From Mycobacterium tuberculosis H37Rv (GTDB lineage: Bacteria; Actinomycetota; Actinomycetes; Mycobacteriales; Mycobacteriaceae): a DNA stretch of 32,000 bases. The notes below the pieces were generated by a model. That model searched no databases. It was given only the letters and a program-made list of their open reading frames with translations, and was not told the origin of the DNA. Position 1 is the stretch's first letter. Each line of letters starts with the position of its first letter. The stretch lies in the NCBI RefSeq assembly GCF_000195955.2, contig NC_000962.3, forward strand, positions 1,050,001-1,082,000, written 5' to 3'. Positions 10,656 through 23,326 of the stretch are shown here, one piece after another. A program made the translations under genes and the position numbers.

Positions 10656-11654
10656 TCAACCGGTGTAATTGCCGACGCTAAGTCCCCGCTTGGCGAGCCA
10701 CGGCACTGGGTCCACGCGCTCGGTGCCGCCCAGGAGCACCTCGAAGTGCAGGTGCGGGCCGGTGGAAAAGCCACGGCTGCCCATGGTGGCGATCTGGTCG
10801 CCTGCCATCACGCGCTCACCGACGCTGACCAACGTGGTATTGACGTGGCCGTATAGCGTGACCGTGCCGTCGGCGTGCAGCAGCTTGACCCACATTCCGT
10901 AGCCGGCGGTGGGGCCGGCGTCGATGACGACGCCGTCGGACACCGCATAAATCGGGGTTCCGATCGCGTTAGCCAGGTCGATACCGGCGTGCAGTACACC
11001 CCATCGATAACCGAAACTCGACGTGAAGATGCCCTTCGTCGGCATGACATACAGCGGGCGCTGTAGTCGCGCCTCGCGCTCGGCGCGCTCCTCGGCGAAG
11101 GCAACCCCCCTGGCGAACTCCGCGTTGTGCACCGCAGCACTCGCCGCCGGCTGGGCGGCGATGACCTGGACGCCCCGCGGTGGGTTGCTTCCCGACCCTT
11201 CGTTGAGCGCCGATGCATGAGCGGTCAGCACGGTCTCGGTGCGTGGGGTTTCCGACTGTTGGATCGCCGTATGCGCTGCTGCGGCCGCCGCGCCCGCGGC
11301 CATCGCCGAGATCAGCAGGCGCCCCCGGGCCGCACCGATCGGTTGCTTGCGGTGCTGCCCGACGCGCCGGGACACCGGGGTGACCTCCGGGGTCAGCACG
11401 ACCGTGGGGGCTACCAGCCATTCGGGGGCCAGATCGTCGGCGTCGTCCAGGTCGTCGAGTTCTGGAGCCGCTAGCAACTGCGCTTCGTAGTCGAAGACGC
11501 AGTCGTCCCCTAGGTCCAGGTCATCGAGCTCTGCGAAATCCAGCTCATCGTAGAGTGCTAAGCCGTCGAGGAATCCGTCCAGCGGGATGATTTCGGTGAC
11601 TTCGTTACGGTGATGATGCGGCCAACGATCGCGAGGTGTGCGAATCGCTGCCAT
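10656..11654 (-). CDS. M23-family (LytM-like) peptidase with long acidic N-terminal region and one predicted TM segment (Rv0950c)
   Basis: 332-aa frame; '[26 protein letters not shown]...[39 protein letters not shown]' with complete HxxxD and HxH metal ligands. Confidence 0.93.
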   Translation of the reverse strand: MAAIRTPRDRWPHHHRNEVTEIIPLDGFLDGLALYDELDFAELDDLDLGDDCVFDYEAQLLAAPELDDLDDADDLAPEWLVAPTVVLTPEVTPVSRRVGQHRKQPIGAARGRLLISAMAAGAAAAAAHTAIQQSETPRTETVLTAHASALNEGSGSNPPRGVQVIAAQPAASAAVHNAEFARGVAFAEERAEREARLQRPLYVMPTKGIFTSSFGYRWGVLHAGIDLANAIGTPIYAVSDGVVIDAGPTAGYGMWVKLLHADGTVTLYGHVNTTLVSVGERVMAGDQIATMGSRGFSTGPHLHFEVLLGGTERVDPVPWLAKRGLSVGNYTG

Positions 11655-11963
11655 GGCAGCAGAACGGGCGATACGGTGCTGGGACAAATCTGAAATGTCC
11701 TCGGATCGTGACCATAACGTTATCTGGACCCTGAGACGTTATCCGCAACCGGATGGTAGTGGCAACTTCAGCGCGGAATTCGGCTGTGATTGTGAGTTGG
11801 ATCACGTTTCGGCTGGACAAACATATCGGTGAGCTGTGCCACACCGGGTGGATGCGGCCGCGGAGTTAATCGGCGGTCTCGATACAGTTCTCCGTGCGAG
11901 TCGCCGATTTCGGCACCGCCTACCTATTGGTCGAGCAGTAAGCCGAGCGAAGACGGTGAGCCC

Positions 11964-13127
11964 ATGGATCTTTTCGAGTATCAAGCCAAGGAGTTATTCG
12001 CCAAGCACAACGTGCCCAGCACGCCGGGTCGGGTGACCGACACAGCCGAGGGTGCCAAGGCTATCGCCACGGAGATCGGGCGTCCGGTGATGGTCAAAGC
12101 GCAGGTCAAGATCGGCGGCCGGGGCAAGGCCGGTGGCGTCAAATACGCCGCGACCCCACAAGACGCGTACGAGCACGCCAAGAACATCCTCGGCCTGGAC
12201 ATCAAAGGACACATCGTCAAGAAACTGCTGGTCGCTGAGGCTAGCGATATCGCCGAGGAGTACTACCTATCCTTCCTGCTCGACCGGGCCAACCGCACCT
12301 ACCTGGCGATGTGCTCGGTGGAGGGCGGCATGGAGATCGAAGAGGTAGCGGCCACCAAACCCGAGCGGCTCGCCAAAGTCCCGGTGAATGCCGTCAAGGG
12401 CGTTGACCTAGATTTCGCGCGGTCCATCGCCGAACAGGGTCATCTTCCGGCCGAGGTGCTCGACACCGCAGCGGTCACCATCGCCAAGCTGTGGGAGCTC
12501 TTCGTCGCCGAGGACGCGACGCTGGTTGAGGTCAACCCGTTGGTGCGGACGCCTGACCACAAGATCCTCGCGCTGGATGCCAAGATCACCCTCGACGGCA
12601 ACGCCGATTTCCGTCAGCCTGGCCATGCCGAGTTCGAGGATCGAGCTGCCACCGATCCACTGGAGTTGAAGGCCAAGGAGCACGACCTCAACTACGTCAA
12701 GCTGGACGGTCAGGTGGGGATCATCGGCAATGGCGCGGGCTTGGTGATGTCGACTCTCGACGTCGTCGCGTATGCCGGTGAGAAGCACGGCGGAGTCAAG
12801 CCGGCCAACTTCCTGGATATCGGCGGCGGCGCTTCGGCCGAGGTGATGGCCGCGGGTCTGGACGTGGTGCTGGGCGACCAGCAGGTCAAGAGCGTGTTCG
12901 TCAACGTCTTCGGTGGCATCACCTCGTGCGATGCGGTGGCGACCGGGATCGTCAAGGCGCTGGGCATGCTGGGTGACGAAGCCAACAAGCCGCTGGTGGT
13001 TCGGCTCGACGGCAACAACGTCGAGGAAGGCCGTCGCATCCTGACCGAGGCCAACCACCCCCTGGTGACACTGGTGGCGACGATGGACGAAGCCGCCGAC
13101 AAGGCCGCTGAGCTGGCGAGCGCCTGA
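11964..13127 (+). CDS. sucC: succinyl-CoA synthetase beta subunit
   Basis: 387-aa frame '[24 protein letters not shown]...[16 protein letters not shown]'. Confidence 0.98.
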
Positions 13128-13139
13128 GCGAAAGGACCC

Positions 13140-14051
13140 ATGACTCACATGTCCATATTTCTGAGCAGGGACAACAAGGTCATTGTGCAGGGCATCACCG
13201 GCAGTGAGGCCACCGTCCATACCGCGCGAATGCTGCGGGCGGGCACGCAAATCGTCGGCGGTGTGAACGCACGCAAAGCGGGCACCACCGTCACGCATGA
13301 GGATAAGGGCGGCCGGCTGATCAAGCTGCCGGTGTTCGGCAGTGTCGCGGAGGCGATGGAAAAGACCGGCGCCGATGTGTCGATCATCTTCGTGCCGCCG
13401 ACGTTCGCCAAGGACGCCATCATCGAGGCCATCGACGCCGAAATTCCGCTGTTGGTTGTGATCACCGAGGGAATTCCGGTGCAGGACACCGCCTATGCCT
13501 GGGCCTACAACCTCGAGGCTGGCCACAAGACCCGCATCATTGGCCCCAACTGTCCTGGCATTATCAGTCCCGGTCAGTCGCTGGCCGGTATCACGCCGGC
13601 CAACATCACCGGACCCGGTCCAATTGGTCTGGTGTCCAAGTCGGGGACGTTGACCTACCAGATGATGTTCGAACTGCGCGACCTTGGATTCTCCACGGCG
13701 ATCGGCATCGGTGGTGATCCGGTGATTGGCACTACCCACATCGACGCCATCGAGGCCTTCGAGAGGGATCCGGACACCAAGCTCATCGTGATGATCGGCG
13801 AGATCGGTGGTGACGCCGAGGAGCGGGCCGCAGACTTCATCAAGACCAACGTGTCCAAGCCGGTCGTCGGCTATGTCGCCGGATTTACCGCACCCGAAGG
13901 CAAGACGATGGGCCACGCCGGCGCCATCGTCTCCGGCTCGTCTGGCACAGCGGCGGCCAAGCAAGAGGCCCTGGAGGCCGCCGGTGTGAAGGTCGGCAAG
14001 ACCCCATCGGCGACCGCGGCGCTGGCCCGGGAGATCTTGCTCAGTCTCTAG
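13140..14051 (+). CDS. sucD: succinyl-CoA synthetase alpha subunit
   Basis: 303-aa ORF; '[16 protein letters not shown]', '[12 protein letters not shown]', '[21 protein letters not shown]' signatures. Confidence 0.98.
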   Translation: MTHMSIFLSRDNKVIVQGITGSEATVHTARMLRAGTQIVGGVNARKAGTTVTHEDKGGRLIKLPVFGSVAEAMEKTGADVSIIFVPPTFAKDAIIEAIDAEIPLLVVITEGIPVQDTAYAWAYNLEAGHKTRIIGPNCPGIISPGQSLAGITPANITGPGPIGLVSKSGTLTYQMMFELRDLGFSTAIGIGGDPVIGTTHIDAIEAFERDPDTKLIVMIGEIGGDAEERAADFIKTNVSKPVVGYVAGFTAPEGKTMGHAGAIVSGSSGTAAAKQEALEAAGVKVGKTPSATAALAREILLSL

Positions 14052-14116
14052 GGCGAGCAGACGCATAAGCCCCCGCACGCTCGGCGTGTCGGGGGCTTAT
14101 GCGTCTGCTCGCCCTA
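14049..14116. terminator. strong bidirectional hairpin between convergent genes (possible intrinsic terminator without a U-tract)
   Basis: Perfect 26-bp inverted repeat TAGGGCGAGCAGACGCATAAGCCCCC at 14049-14074 and 14091-14116; 16-nt loop itself contains a small CACGC/GCGTG stem; both convergent stop codons lie in the arms. Confidence 0.8.
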
Positions 14117-14962
14117 TACGCAACAGGCCAACTTGGCGGCCAGCCGCTCCACGTACGCGGCTGCGTCGTCTGCAGACCTGTCCGGCATACCGAACAGCAC
14201 CTCCGTAACGCCAAGCTCGGCCCAGCGCGCCAGCTTGTCGGGCACCGGTTTGACGTCCAGGGCCACGATCTGTGGAAGCCCGTCGCGGCCGGCGGCCGCC
14301 CAGATGTCTTGCAGTAACTTCACCGGCTCGTCGATGTCGACGTCGCGTGGAGTGGTGATCCAGCCGTCGGCGCTGCGCGCGATCCACTTGAAGTTCTTCT
14401 CCGTCCCCGCAGCGCCTACCAGCACCGGGATGTGCGGCTGCACCGGCTTGGGCCAGGCCCAGCTAGGTCCGAACTTGACGAACTCGCCGTCATAGCAGGC
14501 CTCCTCTTGGGTCCACAACGCCCGCATCGCCTCGAGGTATTCGCGCAGCATGGTGCGGCGGCGTCCGGGTGGCACACCATGATCGACGAGCTCGTCGGTG
14601 TTCCAGCCGAACCCGACCCCGACGCTGACCCGGCCGTGCGACAAATGATCCAGCGTCGCAATGCTTTTCGCCAGCGTGATCGGATCATGCTCGACCGGCA
14701 GCGCCACCGCGGTGGCAAGCCGGATCCGCGACGTCACCGCCGATGCTGCTCCCAGGCTCACCCACGGGTCCAACGTGCGCATATAGCGGTCGTCCGGCAG
14801 CGAAGCGTCACCCGTCGTCGGATGGGCCGCCTGGCGCTTGACCGGGATGTGGGTGTGTTCGGGCACGTAAAACGTGCGAAACCCGTGGCTTTCAGCAAGT
14901 CTGGCGGCCGCGGCCGGGGTGATGCCGCGGTCGCTGGTGAACAGCACAAGTCCGTAGTGCAT
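14114..14962 (-). CDS. LLM-class (probably F420-dependent) oxidoreductase (Rv0953c)
   Basis: 282-aa frame from 'MHYGLVLFTSDRG'; 'LDHLSHGRVSVGVGFGWNTDEL', 'MRALWTQEEACYDGEFVKF'. Confidence 0.9.
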   Translation of the reverse strand: MHYGLVLFTSDRGITPAAAARLAESHGFRTFYVPEHTHIPVKRQAAHPTTGDASLPDDRYMRTLDPWVSLGAASAVTSRIRLATAVALPVEHDPITLAKSIATLDHLSHGRVSVGVGFGWNTDELVDHGVPPGRRRTMLREYLEAMRALWTQEEACYDGEFVKFGPSWAWPKPVQPHIPVLVGAAGTEKNFKWIARSADGWITTPRDVDIDEPVKLLQDIWAAAGRDGLPQIVALDVKPVPDKLARWAELGVTEVLFGMPDRSADDAAAYVERLAAKLACCV

Positions 14963-14971
14963 GCACCGAAT

Positions 14972-14985
14972 TAGAACGTGTTCCA
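14972..14985. promoter_or_regulatory. KstR-like operator TAGAACGTGTTCCA just upstream of the second LLM oxidoreductase gene
   Basis: Fits TNNAACNNGTTNNA; shares a 12-nt core with the site at 1498-1511; 10 bp upstream of the ATG. Confidence 0.7.
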
Positions 14986-15075
14986 CCTGCGCCGGGCAAG
15001 CGGCCGTCCAGTCGTTAATGTCGCGAGCGCCGGTCGCTCCGGCAGCGGCACCCGAACGTGCGCTAGCGTGGTTGA

Positions 15076-17445
<2,370 letters not shown>

Positions 17446-17560
17446 TCTGCGGTTGGTGAGGCCGCAACTGTCTGAGGCCTTTACTCACGGTACTGAGTCT
17501 GCACTGGGATGCAGGCTGGTGGTGCTCACACGCTTTGAGGAGCCAGACTAGGCTCGCCGT

Positions 17561-18208
17561 GTGCAGGAACCGCTTCGTGTACCCCCGAGTGCACCTGCGC
17601 GGCTGGTAGTACTCGCGTCTGGCACCGGTTCGTTGCTGAGATCTCTACTCGATGCCGCTGTCGGCGACTACCCGGCACGGGTAGTCGCCGTTGGTGTGGA
17701 TCGCGAATGCCGGGCCGCCGAAATCGCCGCGGAAGCATCGGTGCCGGTGTTCACCGTTCGGCTCGCCGACCACCCCAGTCGCGATGCCTGGGACGTCGCC
17801 ATCACCGCCGCCACCGCAGCCCATGAGCCCGACCTCGTCGTTTCTGCGGGCTTTATGAGAATCCTTGGACCGCAGTTCCTTTCACGATTCTACGGGCGCA
17901 CCCTCAACACCCACCCGGCGCTGCTGCCGGCCTTCCCCGGCACGCACGGTGTCGCTGACGCGCTGGCCTACGGGGTGAAGGTCACCGGCGCTACGGTGCA
18001 CCTGGTAGACGCTGGCACGGACACCGGGCCAATACTGGCGCAGCAACCTGTGCCGGTGCTCGACGGTGACGACGAAGAGACTTTGCATGAACGAATCAAG
18101 GTCACCGAACGACGGCTGTTGGTAGCGGCGGTGGCCGCACTGGCCACCCATGGCGTGACGGTGGTCGGACGAACAGCGACGATGGGACGAAAGGTAACCA
18201 TAGGATGA
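17561..18208 (+). CDS. purN: phosphoribosylglycinamide formyltransferase
   Basis: 215-aa ORF (GTG start); '[17 protein letters not shown]', '[17 protein letters not shown]...[12 protein letters not shown]', '[13 protein letters not shown]'. Confidence 0.97.
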
Positions 18209-19776
18209 GCACCGACGACGGAAGACGGCCGATCCGCCGTGCGCTGATCAGCGTGTACGACAAGACCGGGCTGGTAGACCTGGCACAGGGCCTGAGCGCG
18301 GCCGGCGTCGAGATCATCTCGACTGGGTCAACGGCCAAGACCATTGCCGACACCGGGATTCCGGTGACCCCCGTGGAGCAGCTGACCGGCTTTCCCGAGG
18401 TGCTCGATGGCCGGGTCAAGACACTGCACCCACGAGTGCATGCCGGGCTGCTGGCTGACCTGCGCAAGTCCGAGCACGCCGCGGCCCTCGAGCAACTCGG
18501 GATCGAGGCTTTCGAACTCGTTGTAGTCAACTTGTATCCGTTCAGCCAGACCGTCGAATCCGGCGCCAGTGTCGACGACTGCGTCGAGCAGATTGATATC
18601 GGCGGGCCGGCGATGGTGCGGGCCGCCGCCAAAAACCATCCCAGCGCGGCGGTGGTCACCGATCCGCTTGGGTACCATGGCGTGCTTGCCGCACTGCGCG
18701 CCGGCGGATTCACCCTCGCCGAGCGCAAAAGGCTGGCGTCGTTAGCGTTTCAGCATATAGCCGAGTACGACATCGCCGTCGCGAGCTGGATGCAACAGAC
18801 CCTAGCGCCCGAACATCCTGTTGCCGCCTTTCCGCAGTGGTTCGGCCGAAGCTGGCGCCGCGTGGCGATGCTGCGCTACGGCGAGAACCCGCACCAACAG
18901 GCCGCTCTCTACGGCGACCCCACCGCCTGGCCGGGGCTGGCCCAGGCCGAGCAACTGCACGGAAAAGACATGTCCTACAACAACTTCACCGATGCGGACG
19001 CAGCCTGGCGGGCCGCCTTCGACCACGAACAAACGTGCGTGGCGATCATCAAGCACGCCAACCCGTGCGGCATCGCAATCTCGTCCGTTTCGGTCGCCGA
19101 CGCGCATCGCAAGGCTCACGAATGCGATCCGCTGAGCGCCTACGGCGGGGTCATCGCCGCCAATACCGAGGTCAGTGTCGAAATGGCCGAGTATGTGAGC
19201 ACCATCTTCACCGAAGTCATCGTCGCGCCTGGCTACGCCCCCGGGGCCCTCGATGTGCTGGCCCGCAAGAAGAACATCCGGGTGCTGGTAGCCGCCGAGC
19301 CACTGGCCGGTGGCAGCGAGTTGCGTCCGATCAGCGGTGGACTGCTGATACAGCAGAGCGACCAGCTTGACGCGCACGGTGACAACCCGGCGAACTGGAC
19401 CTTGGCGACCGGGTCACCTGCGGACCCCGCGACGCTGACCGACCTGGTCTTCGCGTGGCGAGCCTGCCGTGCGGTCAAGTCGAACGCGATAGTGATAGCT
19501 GCCGACGGCGCCACCGTCGGCGTCGGGATGGGTCAGGTCAACCGTGTCGACGCCGCCCGGTTGGCCGTCGAACGCGGCGGCGAGCGGGTTCGCGGCGCGG
19601 TGGCAGCCTCGGATGCGTTCTTCCCCTTTCCCGACGGCCTGGAAACGTTGGCCGCCGCGGGGGTCACCGCGGTCGTCCACCCCGGTGGCTCGGTGCGCGA
19701 CGAGGAAGTGACCGAAGCGGCGGCCAAGGCCGGTGTCACCCTATATCTCACCGGGGCGCGGCACTTCGCGCACTGA
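18205..19776 (+). CDS. purH: bifunctional AICAR formyltransferase/IMP cyclohydrolase
   Basis: 523-aa ORF; '[19 protein letters not shown]', '[14 protein letters not shown]', '[11 protein letters not shown]'; ATG overlaps the purN stop. Confidence 0.98.
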
Positions 19777-19792
19777 GGCCGCTGGCCGCGAC

Positions 19793-19840
19793 AGTGAAAT
19801 CCACGACGTGACACGCCGGAAACGCGTCGTGACATTCACT
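19793..19840. terminator. imperfect inverted repeat downstream of purH
   Basis: AGTGAAATCCACGACG (19793-19808) and CGTCGTGACATTCACT (19825-19840) pair over 16 bp with 3 mismatches. Confidence 0.5.
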
Positions 19841-19879
19841 CTCGTGGCCAGAAGAAAGACGGCGTCGTAGCGTGGAACG

Positions 19880-21262
19880 GTGATGTCACCCAGTAACCTG
19901 CCCCGCACCGTGGGCGAGCTGCGTGCCGCCGGTCATCGGGAACGGGGGGTCAAGCAGGAAATCCGGGAAAATCTGCTGACCGCGCTGGCCGACGGCGACA
20001 ACGTCTGGCCGGGCATCCTGGGTTTCGACGACACCGTGATTCCCCAGGTGGAGCGGGCCTTGATCGCCGGTCACGACTTTGTCCTGCTCGGCGAACGCGG
20101 CCAGGGCAAGACCCGGCTGCTGCGCGCACTCGCGGGTCTGCTGGACGAGTGGACGCCGGTGATCGCCGGCGCCGAACTGGGCGAGCACCCCTACACGCCG
20201 ATCACGCCGGAGTCGATCCGGCGGGCCGCGCAGCTCGGCGACGACCTACCGGTGGCGTGGAAGCACCGCAGCGAGCGCTACACCGAGAAGCTGGCCACCC
20301 CCGACACCAGCGTCGCCGACCTGGTCGGCGACGTCGACCCGATCAAGGTTGCCGAGGGCCGCAGCCTCGGGGATCCCGAAACCATCGCCTACGGGCTCAT
20401 CCCGCGGGCGCACCGCGGCATCGTCGCGGTCAACGAGCTGCCCGACCTCGCCGAACGCATCCAGGTGTCGATGCTCAACGTCATGGAGGAGCGCGACATC
20501 CAGGTCCGCGGCTACACGCTGCGGCTGCCGCTGGATGTGTTGGTGGTCGCCAGCGCCAACCCCGAGGACTACACCAACCGTGGCCGCATCATCACGCCCA
20601 TCAAGGACCGGTTCGGCGCCGAGATCCGCACCCACTACCCACTGGAGCTGGAGGCGGAGATGGGCGTCATCGTCCAGGAGGCGCACCTGAGTGCACAGGT
20701 GTCCGACTACCTGATGCAGGTGCTCGCGCGGTTTGCCCGTTACCTGCGAGAATCCCGCTCGATCGATCAGCGCTCCGGGGTGTCGGCGCGGTTTGCCATC
20801 GCAGCGGCCGAAACCGTGGCGGCTGCCGCCCGGCACCGCGGGGCGGTGCTGGGGGAGACAGACCCGGTGGCCCGGGTGGTCGATTTGGGCACGGTGATCG
20901 ACGTGCTGCGCGGCAAGCTGGAATTCGAGTCCGGCGAGGAGGGCCGCGAACAGGCGGTGCTCGAGCATCTGTTGCGTCGCGCCACCGCCGATACCGCGTC
21001 CCGGGTGCTGGGCGGTATCGACGTTGGCTCGTTGGTGACCGCGGTCGAGGGCGGTTCGGCGGTGACGACGGGCGAGCGGGTCTCGGCCAAGGATGTGCTG
21101 GCGGCGGTGCCGGGCCTGCCGGTGGTGGACAGGATCGCGCGCAAGCTGGGCGCCGAATCCGAGGGGGAGCGTGCCGCGGCACTGGAACTGGCGTTGGAGG
21201 CGCTATACCTGGCCAAGCGCGTTGACAAGGTCTGCGGGGAGGGCCAGACCGTCTATGGCTAA
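19880..21262 (+). CDS. MoxR/Mg-chelatase-like AAA+ ATPase (Rv0958)
   Basis: 460-aa ORF; Walker A 'LLGERGQGKTRLLRALAG', 'GIVAVNELPDLAERIQVSMLNVMEERDIQVRG', 'VVASANPEDYTNRG'. Confidence 0.92.
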   Translation: MMSPSNLPRTVGELRAAGHRERGVKQEIRENLLTALADGDNVWPGILGFDDTVIPQVERALIAGHDFVLLGERGQGKTRLLRALAGLLDEWTPVIAGAELGEHPYTPITPESIRRAAQLGDDLPVAWKHRSERYTEKLATPDTSVADLVGDVDPIKVAEGRSLGDPETIAYGLIPRAHRGIVAVNELPDLAERIQVSMLNVMEERDIQVRGYTLRLPLDVLVVASANPEDYTNRGRIITPIKDRFGAEIRTHYPLELEAEMGVIVQEAHLSAQVSDYLMQVLARFARYLRESRSIDQRSGVSARFAIAAAETVAAAARHRGAVLGETDPVARVVDLGTVIDVLRGKLEFESGEEGREQAVLEHLLRRATADTASRVLGGIDVGSLVTAVEGGSAVTTGERVSAKDVLAAVPGLPVVDRIARKLGAESEGERAAALELALEALYLAKRVDKVCGEGQTVYG

Positions 21263-23273
21263 GTCTGATGGTGACGACCCGCTGCGCCCGGCTTCGCCGC
21301 GCTTGCGATCGTCACGACGGCACTCGCTACGCTACTCGGCGTACACCGGCGGGCCCGACCCGCTGGCCCCGCCGGTGGATCTGCGGGATGCGCTGGAACA
21401 GATTGGCCAAGACGTCATGGCGGGCGCCTCGCCGCGCCGGGCGCTGTCCGAGCTGCTGCGGCGGGGCACCAGGAACCTGACCGGCGCCGACCGGCTGGCG
21501 GCCGAGGTGAACCGCCGCCGACGGGAGTTGTTGCGCCGCAACAACTTAGATGGCACCTTGCAGGAGATCAAGAAGCTGCTCGACGAGGCCGTGCTGGCCG
21601 AACGCAAGGAGCTGGCCCGCGCGCTAGACGACGACGCCCGCTTCGCCGAGCTGCAGCTGGACGCGCTTCCGGCCTCGCCGGCCAAGGCAGTACAGGAGCT
21701 GGCCGAATACCGCTGGCGCAGCGGGCAGGCCCGCGAAAAGTATGAGCAGATCAAGGATTTGCTCGGCCGTGAGCTGCTCGACCAACGCTTTGCCGGCATG
21801 AAGCAGGCGCTTGCCGGTGCCACCGACGACGATCGCCGGCGGGTCACCGAGATGCTCGACGACCTCAACGACCTGTTGGATAAGCACGCCCGCGGTGAAG
21901 ATACGCAGCGGGACTTCGACGAGTTCATGACCAAGCACGGCGAGTTCTTCCCGGAGAACCCGCGCAACGTCGAGGAGCTGCTGGACTCGCTGGCCAAGCG
22001 AGCCGCCGCCGCGCAGCGGTTCCGCAACAGCCTGAGCCAGGAACAGCGGGACGAGCTGGACGCGTTGGCGCAGCAGGCATTTGGCTCTCCGGCGTTGATG
22101 CGGGCGCTGGACCGTTTGGATGCGCATCTGCAGGCCGCCCGTCCCGGCGAAGACTGGACCGGCTCGCAGCAGTTCTCCGGTGATAATCCGTTCGGCATGG
22201 GGGAAGGCACCCAGGCGCTGGCCGACATTGCCGAGCTGGAGCAGCTGGCCGAGCAGCTGTCGCAGAGCTATCCGGGCGCCAGCATGGACGATGTCGACCT
22301 GGACGCGCTGGCCCGTCAGCTCGGCGACCAGGCCGCCGTCGACGCCCGGACGCTGGCTGAATTGGAACGCGCGCTGGTCAATCAGGGCTTCCTGGACCGC
22401 GGTTCCGACGGCCAGTGGCGGCTCTCGCCGAAGGCCATGCGCCGCCTCGGCGAAACGGCGTTACGCGATGTGGCGCAACAACTTTCCGGGCGCCACGGCG
22501 AGCGTGATCACCGGCGTGCCGGCGCCGCGGGCGAGCTGACCGGTGCGACGCGGCCCTGGCAGTTCGGCGACACCGAGCCGTGGCACGTCGCCCGCACGCT
22601 GACCAATGCCGTGCTGCGCCAAGCCGCGGCCGTGCATGACCGCATCCGGATCACCGTCGAGGATGTCGAGGTCGCCGAGACCGAAACGCGCACCCAGGCC
22701 GCTGTTGCGTTGTTGGTGGACACCTCGTTTTCGATGGTGATGGAGAATCGCTGGTTGCCGATGAAGCGCACGGCGCTGGCGCTGCACCACCTGGTGTGCA
22801 CCCGGTTCCGCTCGGATGCCTTGCAGATCATCGCGTTTGGGCGCTACGCCCGCACGGTGACGGCGGCCGAGCTGACGGGGTTGGCGGGTGTCTACGAGCA
22901 GGGCACCAACCTGCACCATGCGCTCGCGCTGGCCGGCCGGCACCTGCGCCGGCACGCAGGCGCCCAGCCCGTGGTGCTGGTGGTGACCGACGGCGAGCCG
23001 ACCGCCCACCTGGAGGACTTCGACGGCGACGGTACGTCGGTGTTCTTTGATTACCCGCCCCATCCGCGCACCATCGCCCACACCGTGCGCGGGTTTGACG
23101 ACATGGCGCGGCTGGGTGCGCAGGTGACGATCTTCCGGTTGGGCAGTGACCCCGGTCTGGCTCGGTTCATTGACCAGGTTGCGCGACGGGTGCAGGGCCG
23201 CGTGGTGGTGCCCGATCTCGACGGGCTGGGCGCGGCGGTGGTGGGCGACTACCTGCGCTTCCGGCGGCGCTAG
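21255..23273 (+). CDS. VWA-domain protein partnered with the upstream AAA+ ATPase (Rv0959)
   Basis: 672-aa frame from ATG 21255, overlapping the ATPase stop; MIDAS-like 'VALLVDTSFSMVMENRW' and 'LVVTDGEPTAH'. Confidence 0.9.
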   Translation: MAKSDGDDPLRPASPRLRSSRRHSLRYSAYTGGPDPLAPPVDLRDALEQIGQDVMAGASPRRALSELLRRGTRNLTGADRLAAEVNRRRRELLRRNNLDGTLQEIKKLLDEAVLAERKELARALDDDARFAELQLDALPASPAKAVQELAEYRWRSGQAREKYEQIKDLLGRELLDQRFAGMKQALAGATDDDRRRVTEMLDDLNDLLDKHARGEDTQRDFDEFMTKHGEFFPENPRNVEELLDSLAKRAAAAQRFRNSLSQEQRDELDALAQQAFGSPALMRALDRLDAHLQAARPGEDWTGSQQFSGDNPFGMGEGTQALADIAELEQLAEQLSQSYPGASMDDVDLDALARQLGDQAAVDARTLAELERALVNQGFLDRGSDGQWRLSPKAMRRLGETALRDVAQQLSGRHGERDHRRAGAAGELTGATRPWQFGDTEPWHVARTLTNAVLRQAAAVHDRIRITVEDVEVAETETRTQAAVALLVDTSFSMVMENRWLPMKRTALALHHLVCTRFRSDALQIIAFGRYARTVTAAELTGLAGVYEQGTNLHHALALAGRHLRRHAGAQPVVLVVTDGEPTAHLEDFDGDGTSVFFDYPPHPRTIAHTVRGFDDMARLGAQVTIFRLGSDPGLARFIDQVARRVQGRVVVPDLDGLGAAVVGDYLRFRRR

Positions 23274-23289
23274 TTTGTTGCAATCATGG

Positions 23290-23319
23290 TGCTAGCATCG
23301 TGCTAGCAATATGCTAACA
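23290..23319. promoter_or_regulatory. three 11-bp-phased TGCTARCA repeats; probable VapBC9 autoregulatory operator
   Basis: TGCTAGCA at 23290 and 23301, TGCTAACA at 23312; the last overlaps a TAACAT -10-like hexamer 7 nt before the vapB9 ATG. Confidence 0.6.
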
Positions 23320-23326
23320 TAGTGCG

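Noticed and set aside
12408-14078. 556-aa minus-strand ORF antisense to sucC/sucD
   Set aside because: A high-GC shadow ORF; sucCD on the plus strand is unambiguous and the antisense product has no recognisable domain.
20149-21225. 358-aa plus-strand ORF inside the AAA+ ATPase gene
   Set aside because: Arg/Gly-rich alternative frame of a clear MoxR-like gene; no independent support.
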